Shown piece by piece: positions 1 to 10,800 of a stretch of DNA of 64,000 nucleotides. The position numbers and the translations under genes are program-made. Below the pieces are notes generated by a model. That model ran no database searches and had not been told where the DNA came from. It saw only the letters and a program-made list of their open reading frames with translations. Each line of letters opens with the position of its first letter. The stretch's first letter is position 1. The DNA comes from an uncultured bacterium (GTDB taxonomy: Bacteria > Patescibacteriota > Doudnabacteria > UBA920), in contig CAVVMJ010000003.1 in assembly GCA_963749445.1 (NCBI GenBank), forward strand, positions 128,715 to 192,714. The letters are read 5' to 3'.

Positions 1-1831
1 CAGTTTATAAATTTCCCGTTCCAGCTGATTAATGTCTATTTCCGCCTCGCCGGAAAGCCGGTTTAAAAATTTTGCGTCCAGCTTAATGCCACTTAACTCC
101 ATATTCGCCAAAACTTCCACCAGCGGCATTTCTATGTCGTCAAAAATTTTGCGCAGGCCTTCCTTTGAAAGCGCAGGCTCAAATAATTCCTTAAGCCGCA
201 AAGTCATATCCACATCTTCGCAGCAATACCAGCTAACTTTGGCCGGCTCAACTTTGTCCATCGTGGTTTGGGTTTTGCCTTTGCCGATTAAGTCTTCAAT
301 GGGCTGCATTTGGTAGCCCAGCTCGTTAAACGCCAAAGTATCCAAACTGTGCTGGCGGGTTCCGGCATTTAAAAGATACGAGGCGATCATGGTGTCAAAA
401 TAGATAGTGCTTAGTGCTAAGTGATTAGTGCTTAGCACTTGTAAATCATACTTAATGTTATGGCCGATTTTGGCCCACTTTAATTTATTTGATAGTGGGC
501 CATCCGTCGAAGCTTCAGCGAAGGCGGATCCACTCCCACCGATTATCTTTTTTAACTCATCTGACGCCAAAACCAAATCCGCGGGCACATAATAAGCCTC
601 GCCACGCTTTACGCATAAGCCAACGCCGACCAATTTGGCATCTATAATATCCAGGCTCGTGGTTTCCGTGTCAACCGTTAATTCTTTGGCGGATGATAAA
701 ATTTTTAGGAGCTTTTTCCAATTTTGCCGCCGTGTCTATCAGTTCATAATCCTGCTTGCCAATACCACCTCCCCCCGCTTCGCGGGGTACTCCTCCTATA
801 TTAGGAGGAGAGACTCCGTGGTTCTCCGGGGATAACTGCGGCTCGCCCGACGAAGCCTTGGCGTAGTCGGGAGCATTCCCCTCCTGGGACAGGAGGGGTG
901 TCCCGACTTGTCGGGACGGGGTGGTAGTATCATTCCCATTCTTCGGCAATTTATTAAGCAAACTCCTAAACTCCAATTCCTGAAACAGCTTTACTACAAC
1001 CTGCAAATGCGCCGCGTCTAAATCGTACTTGGGAATATCAATGTCCAAAGCCACATTGCAATCTATCACCGAAAGTTGATACGACATCCGCGCCTCTTTT
1101 CCTGGTCAATCAATAACTGCACATCCTCGGCTTTATCCTATTGCCTGTTGCCTCTTTCCCTATTGCCTGATACAAACCATCCAGCGATTTAAATTCTTTG
1201 ATTAATTCCTCCGCGGTTTTTTCCCCAATGCCTTTGACGCCCGGAATGTTATCGGACGGGTCGCCGCGTAAAGATTTATAATCCACCATCTGGTCGGGAT
1301 TCAACCCATAGCGCGCACGCACGGCCTTGGCATCATAAACCACAGTGTCGGTAATGCCTTTGCGCATGGTGTAAACTTTTATCACGTGATTAACCAACTG
1401 CAGAGTATCCAGATCGCCCGTCACAATAATAACTTCGGCCTCGGGATTTTTTTTATGAGATTCATTGCCAAAGTGCCCAAACAATCGTCCGCCTCAAACC
1501 CCTGCTTTTCAAAAATCGGAATGTTCAAAGCCCGCACCACTTCCTTGACGCGCGGAATTTGGTCGTAAAGTTCCTGGTCGGCCTTAACGCGCGTGGCTTT
1601 GTATTCTTTATACTGCACATGCCTAAAGGTAGGGCCGGCCAAATCAAAAGTGCAGGCAATATGCGTGGGCTTAATGTCCGCAATGGCTTTAAGCAGAATT
1701 AAACTAAAACCGTAAACCGCATTGGTCTGCTCCCCGCTTTTGGTGTTTAAAACCGGAATAGCATGGTAGCCGCGGTGGATTAACGCGTTGCCGTCTATTA
1801 ACATGTAGCGCTGGCCTGTGGATTTAACCAT
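1..1831 (-). CDS. polA: DNA polymerase I (5'-3' exonuclease plus start of 3'-5' exonuclease domain); the gene continues past the window start. It has about 4 apparent frameshifts, those sited at homopolymers near 705 and 1450, and an in-frame GC-rich repeat insertion at 764-920.
   Basis: Translations contain MLIDGNALIHRGYHA, the H3TH motif GDPSDNIPGVKGIGEKTA, and DTETTSLD (Exo I) in a third frame that runs to position 1. Frame breaks fall at T5/T8 runs. Confidence 0.8.
764..920. repeat. Family-A GC-rich double-hairpin palindromic element (copy A1), inserted in-frame in polA.
   Basis: ccccgcttcgcgggg + cctcctatattaggagg + gagactccgtgg, followed by the hairpins cccctcctgggacaggagggg and gtcccgacttgtcgggac. 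A near-identical core is present at 46937-47000. Confidence 0.75.
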
Positions 1832-2012
1832 ATCTTCTAAAATTGTTAGTTTTGTGAGTTGATGGGAATCTTCGAGATGGTATTATCGTTGGCTGATATT
1901 CATCGGCAGTCTGATAATTACCATTAGCGCGACTATCGGCAAGAAGATTCCCATCAAGCCAGTTTTTGGAGGCAATGGACTTATTGGTGTTATTATTATA
2001 ATCTACATTTGC

Positions 2013-4150
2013 ATGCTTGACCACTTAAAAAAGCTCACACTTCCCCCAAAATTCCGCACAAAAACCGCCAAACGCTGGTTTGTAGCCGGGGTTGTCTTGA
2101 TTGGGCTGATGGTTGTTTGGGGAATAGTTTCCGCGCGGCTCGCTAACCGGTTACAACTCGCCTACCAGGCGCAAAGCTCGCCCGTGTGGTACGACAGAAA
2201 CGGCCAATTGTTGGATATTAAACCCAACCCACAGGGCAATTACGACCAATTTTTACCCAAAGTACCGCCGCGCCTGGGCAGCCTGCTATTAAAAAAAGAA
2301 GACCGATTTTTTTACTGGCATTTTGGCATTAACCCTTTTAGCTTAACGCGCGATTTTTTTCGTGGGTAATTTCCGGCAGGCGCAGCGGCTCGTCCACCAT
2401 AACCCAGCAGCTGGTAAAAATTTTGCTGGGCAATGCCAATGACCGTTCGGTCGGTAATAAACTGCGTGAATTTGTCTACGCTGAAAGTTTGGAATACCGT
2501 GCCCCCAAACAGCAAATCTTGCTAATGTACTTAAACAGCGCCTATTTTGGCCCAAACAGCCAAGGCATCAAAGATGCCAGCCTCTACTACTTTGGCGTGC
2601 CGCCGGAAAACTTAAACGACGCGCAAATTCTGTCAATTCTGGCCGCGCTTAACAGCCCGAGCCTTACCTCGCCCACAAATTCTCCCAATTTGGCCCGAGC
2701 CAAAATTCTCGCTAAACATTTTGGCCTTAACATCGCCGCCGCCGACTGGCAAAACATCAGCCTTGCCAAAACCCACAACTACCGCCAAAATCCCGAAAGC
2801 TTTGAACTGGGCAGTTTAAACGTGCCCTGCCAAAATTCCTGCCGGCTGACTTTGGACAGCGACTTAACCAAAAACATCCGCGAAATTTTGCGCCGCAACC
2901 TAAATTCCGCCAGCCTGCAAACCGCAAGCAACGGCGCCGTGGTGGTAATTAAGCTGCCGGAAAACGAAATCCTAAGTTTGGTCGGCTCGCCCGAGCCTGA
3001 ATCCAAAGGCCAGGGGCTGCAGCTTAATATGGCCATCAAACCCCGCGCCATTGGCTCTACGGCCAAGCCGTTTATTTATTTAAACGCGTTTGAGCAGGGC
3101 GCGCGGCCTTACAGTTTGGTGGATGATACGGAAAGGAAGTACCAGCTGGGCACGGGTTTTGATTTTTTCCCGCAAAATTTTGACGGCCAGTTCCGCGGCC
3201 TGGTAACTTTGCATCAGGCGCTGGATAATAGTTTAAACATCCCGAGCGTCCAGGTTTTAAGTTTTGTGGGTTTGGATAATTTTTACGGCTTCCTCAGCAA
3301 AGATTTGCAGTTTAAACCCCAGCAGCCGCTGGAAAATTATGAATTAAGCATTGCCCTGGGGGGCTTGGAAATGGATCCGCTGACTTTATCCCACTACTTT
3401 ACAATTTTCCCGCAAAACGGCTGGCTAAAACCTTTGACTTTGTACCAATCCGGTTTTAATTCTACACCCTACTACCAAACACCCATGGAGCAAATGTCCA
3501 TCAACCCCAAACAAATCGGCAAGGAGGCCGATGTGGAATTGGTTAATAAAATTTTGAACGATAGAGAAACCGGCGTGGACCAGTTTGGCATTAAAAGCAA
3601 TTTGAATTTGCCGTTTACCAATTACGCGGTCAAAACCGGAACCAGCCGCGATTATCACGACAGCTGGACCGTGGGCTACACGCCGGATTTTTTGGTGGGG
3701 GTTTGGATTGGCAACTCAGATAACCGCGCCATGAAACAAATTACCGGCCTGGCCGGCGCCGCCCGCGTCTGGCACGAGGTGATGAACCTAATGTACAACA
3801 CCGCCTACAACAAAAACACGCAATTTAATTTTAGCAAAGTCCAATTTATCCAAAGCGGCGACACCTTAGACTTTGCTTTGGCCGGAGACGACTACAACAC
3901 CGCGCGGCAGATAATGTTAAAACCGCAGCTAATTCTAAACCCCCACGACAACGACCAACTATTATTCCAACCCGGCGCCAGCATCCCCCTCTCCGCCTCA
4001 ACTGATGTCGATTGGACAATCAACGGCCAATTTTTTGCCCACGCTCAAAAAACCTTTTACCCCATCACCAAATCCGGAAGCCTAACTATAAAAGCCACAT
4101 CCACCGACGGAAAAACCCAGCAAGTTACTATTAATATAAACAAAGAATAA
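2013..4150 (+). CDS. Class A penicillin-binding protein (transglycosylase + transpeptidase + C-terminal domain, PbpC-like). Apparent frameshift at a T7 run near 2355.
   Basis: N-terminal TM; EDRFFYWHFGINP and GSSTITQQLVK (transglycosylase motifs, the latter in a shifted frame); the transpeptidase motifs STAKP, SLN and KTGT. Confidence 0.8.
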
Positions 4151-4151
4151 T

Positions 4152-4805
4152 ATGGATACTCTAAATATTTCCTTGCATGGAGCTAAGGAAAAAGAAGTTT
4201 TTGAATTTTTTAACCAAATCGTAAAAGAAACAACGATTGTATTTTTAAAAGATGTCTCTGGCGGGGACAGGATACCCCTTAGAATTCAAATGATTATAAC
4301 TTTTAGCTTAATAGACATTCTTGCAAGTTATTGGTTTGAATATTTAGAAAAGACAGGGACTCAACAAGAAAGATTTTGTTTATGGTATAAAACTTTCTGT
4401 AAAACCTATAGGAATAAAAAATATTTAAAAAATCAACAATGGAATATTCTCAGTAGTTCTCGTTTATATCAACTGAGAAACTCATTAGTCCATTTCTTTG
4501 GACTGTCTTCTAAAATAGAAAACATATACCTATCGCTAGTGCCAAATGATTTACCAGATAATGAAAAAAGTGATTTAGAAAAAAGATTGAACAACCATAA
4601 ATACAAAACCATAGTCATAAAGCCAAACGAATTTCACGAACTAGTCCGAGAAGGCGGCATACTTATGTTGGAGGACTGGCTAGAAAATGTAAGATTGGCA
4701 AACTCTGGAGACACTAATAAAAAAAATGCGCATATCAAGGGAATAAACAAAATATGGGAAAAAATACGATCTGAAGGTGCCTCAATAATTTTAAAAAAGA
4801 AATAA
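4152..4805 (+). CDS. AT-rich hypothetical protein with a HEPN-like Rx4H motif (possible Abi/toxin-like RNase).
   Basis: LYQLRNSLVHFFG contains R-N-x3-H. GC is about 30% against about 47% for the flanks. The start abuts the upstream PBP stop (TAA-T-ATG). Confidence 0.4.
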   Translation: MDTLNISLHGAKEKEVFEFFNQIVKETTIVFLKDVSGGDRIPLRIQMIITFSLIDILASYWFEYLEKTGTQQERFCLWYKTFCKTYRNKKYLKNQQWNILSSSRLYQLRNSLVHFFGLSSKIENIYLSLVPNDLPDNEKSDLEKRLNNHKYKTIVIKPNEFHELVREGGILMLEDWLENVRLANSGDTNKKNAHIKGINKIWEKIRSEGASIILKKK

Positions 4806-4808
4806 CCC

Positions 4809-4837
4809 AAAAGCTCAATCGGCACGGTTGAGCTTTT
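4809..4837. terminator. Bidirectional hairpin terminator between the convergent genes.
   Basis: aaaagctcaatcggcacggttgagctttt. Confidence 0.5.
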
Positions 4838-4862
4838 GAAAATACCTTAGTTATGGCTAAAT

Positions 4863-7800
4863 TTACTGCGTGATCGTAAATATCTCCCCGCGGGTGCGGC
4901 CGAAGTGGTCAGGTTGGTAGAGCTCACTGGCGACGGCCGGGAGGTGCTGGAACTGGCCGGGGATTAGCGCGCGGACATAGTAATCGTATTCGTAAACTCC
5001 GGGCTGTAAGTTTTGGTTAAAGAGCATTAAGCGGTCATCGTGGTATTCCACGGAATCCGGAATGAGCGAATCGGTAGTGGTCAAATTGCCGGAATAAACT
5101 TCGTCGGGCAAATCCGCCACGGCCGTGGTGCCGGGGACGGTTGAGCTTTGGCGGACGAACAAGCCTTTAATCCACAGCCACGAGCGCGTAAAGAATCCCG
5201 GGCGCTTAAGCTGCACGGTTTTGGTTGGCACATTTTGTCCGGCCTGTGCATTTTCATATCCGTACGCCGGAGTGGTCAAATACTGCTGGTTTAACGTTTG
5301 GTTTTCCGTGGCCAAATTAAAGTTCACCAATTCCATACCCGCCGGAATAAAACTTTCCACAGTCACAAAATTCCGCGGCTTGCTTACGGTTAAGGTTAAA
5401 TGGGCCCTTAGCACCTGTCCGACTTTGGCCTGATTAAGCGGCGTTTTATTCACGGTATCATCCAAAGCATAAAGTTCGCGCGAAATCGCAAAACCTTCGT
5501 CGCGCGGCGCAATACTGTTAACCGGCAAAAAATACTTTAGCGTCATATCGTAATAAAATCCATTGGTCTTGTCGTTGAGGTTCTGTTTATTAAACTGCAA
5601 AACGCTAAGTTTGTTTGGAGTAAATGACGAAATTGGAATAAAACTTTGCAGGGAATCCAAAATCGTTTGGCTGTTAAATGTAAAATTAGCTTGCGGCTTG
5701 GTATCCAGCAACAAGTTTAAGGTAAAGCTAGACTCGGTCTCCCCTTTCCACTGCAAGTAGTCAACCAGCGCGTCCATAACCGTAACCGTGCCGTCGGTTG
5801 ACCCCCACGAGCCGTCCTTGGCGCGGGAATTTTGCAGCCAGCGCAACATTTTGTCGGTTTCGCTGAATTGGCGCTGGGCTAAACTTTCGGCTTTGAGCAA
5901 CAAAGCCGTATCCTTAACCGGTGTTTCGTAATAATACCACAGTAAATTCTGATCCCCGGTGGTCAAATACGCGCCGCGGCCGTCCACCACCACGCGGTTT
6001 TCCAAAGTCTGGAAAACCTGGTTGCCAAACGTGCTGGATTGTTTTGCCGATGACAACAAAGCCAAATACACCAAAGACAAATTGGAAATATCCTCGTTAA
6101 AGAATTTTGGATCGTTGGCCAAAGCTTGAATTTGCGGCTGCAAAGCAGCGAATTGCTGGGAAGCGGATGGTACGCGGCTAAAAGTATAAGCCGTTAAAAT
6201 CAAACTGTCTTTGCTGCGGTTAAGGTTATAATCACCTGTCCAAGTTTGATAAGCGTAAGCCACAGCGCGGGTTTCGGCCGCGTCGTCAATTTTGTATTTG
6301 GCCTGGCGCAAGTCTTCCAGCGCGTTTAAAACATCCAAAGTCAAATAGTAATCGGACTTCATACCCGGATAATAGCTGAATCCCCCGTCCGAATTTTGGT
6401 TGGACATAATCCGGCTAAGGCCAATACTGACTACGTCGTCGGCCGAGTAAGTTTGGTTGTCAAACTGAACTTGGGGCATTTTAAATTTATCACCCAAGTT
6501 TTTTAAACTGACAAAGCGCTTAACCGTAGCCACGGCCGTAAGCTTGCTGATCATTTGCTCGGTGCAGCCATATGGATAATCCACCAAATATTTCAACGCC
6601 CCGGGCAAAACGCCGGCCAATGTGGCCTGGGCCTCTATTTGCACGCCGCCGCGGTCCGGGATAACATTGTCCGGCAGCCAGACGTATTCGTTGGCCGTTT
6701 GGTTAGTAGTATAGTTGGATGTAGCCACGGCTTCGTAAGTCTGGTCCGGCGTAACCGGAAAACTGCTGTCCACGCTGTCCTGGTACTTGTCATTTTTGGC
6801 CGTAATGTTCAAAGTATGCTGACCGTCCTGCTGCGATGCCGGCGCCACGGCTTTAACGTAAACCGTTTTGGTGTCCCCGGCGTTTAACGTTACGGTCTGC
6901 GGCTTGTTGTCCGGCATTTGGAGCGAGCTGCTGGTAAAGCTGACCTGAAGTGTCTGGGCGCTGCCGGTTTGGTTAAAAATTTTGCCGCCCAAAGCAAAGC
7001 TGTCGCCGGGAATGACAAAGCGCGGCACTAAAGGCGTGACCATCAATTCTTTTTGCGCCTTAAATTCCTTATATCCAACGCCTAATTTGGTATCTTGGGT
7101 GAGTCCCACGCCTTCGGCCTGCCAAGTGGTAAGGTTATCGGGCAAAGTAAAACTGACTTGGGCATGGCCGTCGCTGCCGGTTTGGACATCCGCGTTCCAG
7201 TAAGCCGTATCTTTAAACACCCCGCGTTTTTTGCTGGCCAAATCCTCGGGCGCGGCCCCGCCCCCGCCTTTGGTGCCGGTCGGAATTTCCGCCTCGGTCA
7301 AAATATTTTTGATGTTTGACGAAGTGGTCACACCCAGCGGCCGGCCGTCGTAAAAAAAGCTCACCGGATCTTTTTTGGGATTGCCCGAAAGTGCCAGCAC
7401 GCTCAAATCCGCCACAGCCAAGGAAACATCCGCGGGCACGGGCTTACCGGAAACATCTTTGGTGACGACATCCAAAGTCACCTGCTCGCCGGGTAAATAA
7501 TTATTTTTGTTGGGTGTTACGTCCACGGTCAGAGTTTTTTGTTTGGTGTCTATAAAGAACTGGGCCTGGCCGAATTTAACTTCCGGCTTGGGCGACAGCA
7601 GCAGTACCGTGACAAAAACATTGGGCACGTAAGCGTCCTTGACGTCAAAAGTATAATTATAAAAATTTTGGTTGATGTCTACGATTTGGTAATCCAAAAT
7701 CCGGCCGCGCTCTACCGCAATCAGAGCCTTGGCATGGTCATAAGGCGACTTGATGACTACCTGCCCGGCTTGGCCGACTTCCAGTTTGTTATTGGCCACG

Positions 7801-10800
7801 GCCAAATCCAAAGATTCGTTGTTTTCCGGCTGGACTTCCACGCTGCCCTGGCCGTAAACGTAAAAATCCTGCGTGGCGGTAATGGGATTGCCGCGGCTAT
7901 CGGCTGCCGTAAGCGCGACCTCATACTCGCCTTCCTGCCCGACCGTAAAATCCTTGGAAAAATTGCCGCTGCTGTCGGTCTGGGCCGTAAACTGCTGCAC
8001 CGTGTCTACCTGTTTTTCGGAATGATAGTAATAATTCCCGTCAACCTCCTGGCGCTTAAAATAGTTCCAGGTAATTTTGTTGACTTTGCCGCTAATATTG
8101 CCCACGGAAAGTTCTTTGCCCTGGGTATCCACGGTTTTGATTAAAATTTTATTGGCGTCATTTTTGCCAAAATAGCTCTTGTCCAAATTCACGCCCAAAT
8201 AAAACTGCCCGCGGTGCACAATGAAAGACTGCTCGTTGGACACAGCCTGTCCCGTGGTATTGGTTACGGTTACATCAACCACAAAAATTTTACTTTGATT
8301 TTGATTGTCTATGGAAAACAGTTTACTAAAATCCAAAACTTGGCTTATTTGCGCGTGACCCTGGGTATTTAACTGCGCTTTGCCGCGCAAAATAAAACTG
8401 TCGCCGTAGCCGGCATCGGGCTGGTAATACCAGCCGGCGCCGAACTGGAAATTTTGGTCCTGGTAGCGGTCAAAATAATAATCCTGGGCCGTGACCGTGT
8501 AATCCACGCTGCCGCCTTCCACGGGCACGCCAAAATAATAATTGGCGTCAACGCTTAGGTTGGCCGTATCGCCGGCAATGTATTCGGCCTTGTCGCTCTT
8601 TAAATCAACCTTAAACGGAGATGGCACGTAATCTTCCACGTCAAAAGTATAAATGCCGTCAAAAGCCTGGACGCGATAAGTGCCCAAGGGAGCATCCGCG
8701 GCCAAATGGAACACCGTGTTAAACGTACCGTTTTTACTGATGGCTAAATCCTCCGTGTCCACCTGTTCATTCTTGCTGCTAAAAATCTGCAGGGACGCGG
8801 TCTTGCCCGTATAAATTTCGTAAACGCCGTCGTAGCCAATGCGGTAAAGGCCCTTAATGTCCACTTCCTGGCCCGGACGATAAATCGGTCGGTCAGAATA
8901 AATGTAAGTTTTGTCCCCTCCCTGGTAAGGCGACGACCACTGAAATTTGTCGCTGTAGCCGGACACGATGGTGCTGTCATTGTCCTTGCCGATTACGGCC
9001 GCGCCGTTGCCGGCGTAAGCTTTGGCCCGGGCCACGCCGGAGCTGTCGGTGGTTGCGGTGTCAAACGCCAAATATTTTTTGTCCTGTTTTTGGAAGACTT
9101 GGATGGTGGCGCCCTCTACAGCGTTAAGTGAGCCGATTTGGGTTACCCAATACAAATTGCCCTGGGAAGATGACAACAACTCGCGCTCCGTGGCGCGTTC
9201 GGGCTGGACGGCGGCGGTTCCGGGAGAAGACGAAGTGTCGTCGCTGACTTCCACTTTCTTTTCCTGGGCAGCCAAATTGGTCACGTTCAAAAAAGTGCGC
9301 TCATAAATTGGCGGGCCGGGGCGGGTTTTGCCGGTGTTATAGTCGTAAATCTGCTGGCGCAGCTGCGGGTTGGAAAAACTTAAAACATAATAACCCAAAG
9401 GGCTGGGAACAATATCTGACAACTGCACCTGGAAATAATTCAACGTCCAGAATTTTGGCGGCAGGTCAATGCGCTTGGTCCAGGTCTGCTGGCAGTCCAG
9501 CGCGGAGCCGGCAATACCCGCATCCGGCTGGGTGTCGGGATCCAAATACCCGAGCATGGTTTGGCTGCTTACCTGGCAAACGTGCAAATCCAAATAATCC
9601 AAATTCGTGGCCGCGTAAGTGAGCTTGGTATGGCCGGGCGAAGTAACGTTGTAGCCCTTTTGCAGGGAATTAAAATCGGTGTAAGTGCTGTCAATTTTGC
9701 CGGAAGTAAAATTTAAATTTTGGCTCAAGCTTTGCCCAAACTGGTCAACTAAATTTAACTGCATCTGGTACTCTGTTTGCGGAATTAACCCGTAACGGAT
9801 CCGGTTGTCATACTGACCGGGCGAGCATTTTTCGTCAGCTGATCGTGAGCCAGTCTGCACCTTATAGGCCACATCCCAGTCCCATTTGCCCACGCTTAAA
9901 TTGGACTTGAGCCGCTGGTAAAAATTTTCCGGCTGGGCATCGTCCAGCGGAGAATTGGTGCAAATGATTAATCTGGTAACGTCTGCCGCCTGCTCACCCG
10001 GGGCAGGCGTGGTGCTTAACACCTTTAGCTGGGGGAAAATTTGCAGCGATTCCTTAATCGGGTCGGAGTTTAACTGCAGCCCTTTGGCATTAAAAATTTT
10101 TGTCAGCTCCACGTCAAAACTTTGTCCGGGCTGCCAGTTTTGATCTTTAAAACTTACCAGTAATTGCTTTTTATCGGTTACCTGCTTACATTGCCCGTCA
10201 ACATAAACCTCATTGCCGTCCGCGTCCAATTCACACCTTTGTCCGTAATCCACACGGTCCAAATTTTGCGCCGTAATTTGGGAACGGTCTTTGTCTATCT
10301 CCTCATAAAAATTCAAAACCAGCTGGCCTTTGGGGTCAAACATAGTGGGCTCGACCAAACTGGAACGGGAAGACGAAGCGCTTACTGACTCCACAATGTC
10401 GGGAACCTGCACCGCGGCGCTGCGGCCCTCGGACAAATTAATATCACCCTCCAGGGGAACGGCGCCGCTGATGTCTACCTGGTAATTGCTATTATTGTCC
10501 CAAAATTTGGCGCGGCCGAACTTGTCGGCTTTGGCAAAAATCAAAACCACGGATTTGTCGGTATAATCCGTTAAATTAACCGCCCCGCCCAAGCTCACGC
10601 CGCGGGTGCCATACTGGGTGACAAAGGGCACCGCATTGTTGGTCGCTAAATTTTTTACGGTAATCTGCGCGGTGGTTTTGGCCAAATCTACGGGTTGGTT
10701 AAAATCAATCTTAACCGGTTCGTCATATAATGTTACGCCATCGTGATGGATGGTATTTCCGGCAAACCGCAAGGGCCGCGTGGTAAACTGCGCCTGCGCC

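Noticed and set aside
400-445. Palindrome agtgcttagtgctaagtgattagtgcttagcact inside polA
   Set aside because: It lies within a well-conserved stretch of the 3'-5' exonuclease domain (…VLSTNHLALSTIYFDTM…) and has no other copy in the window. It is probably a coincidental consequence of a duplicated LST codon pattern rather than an inserted element.
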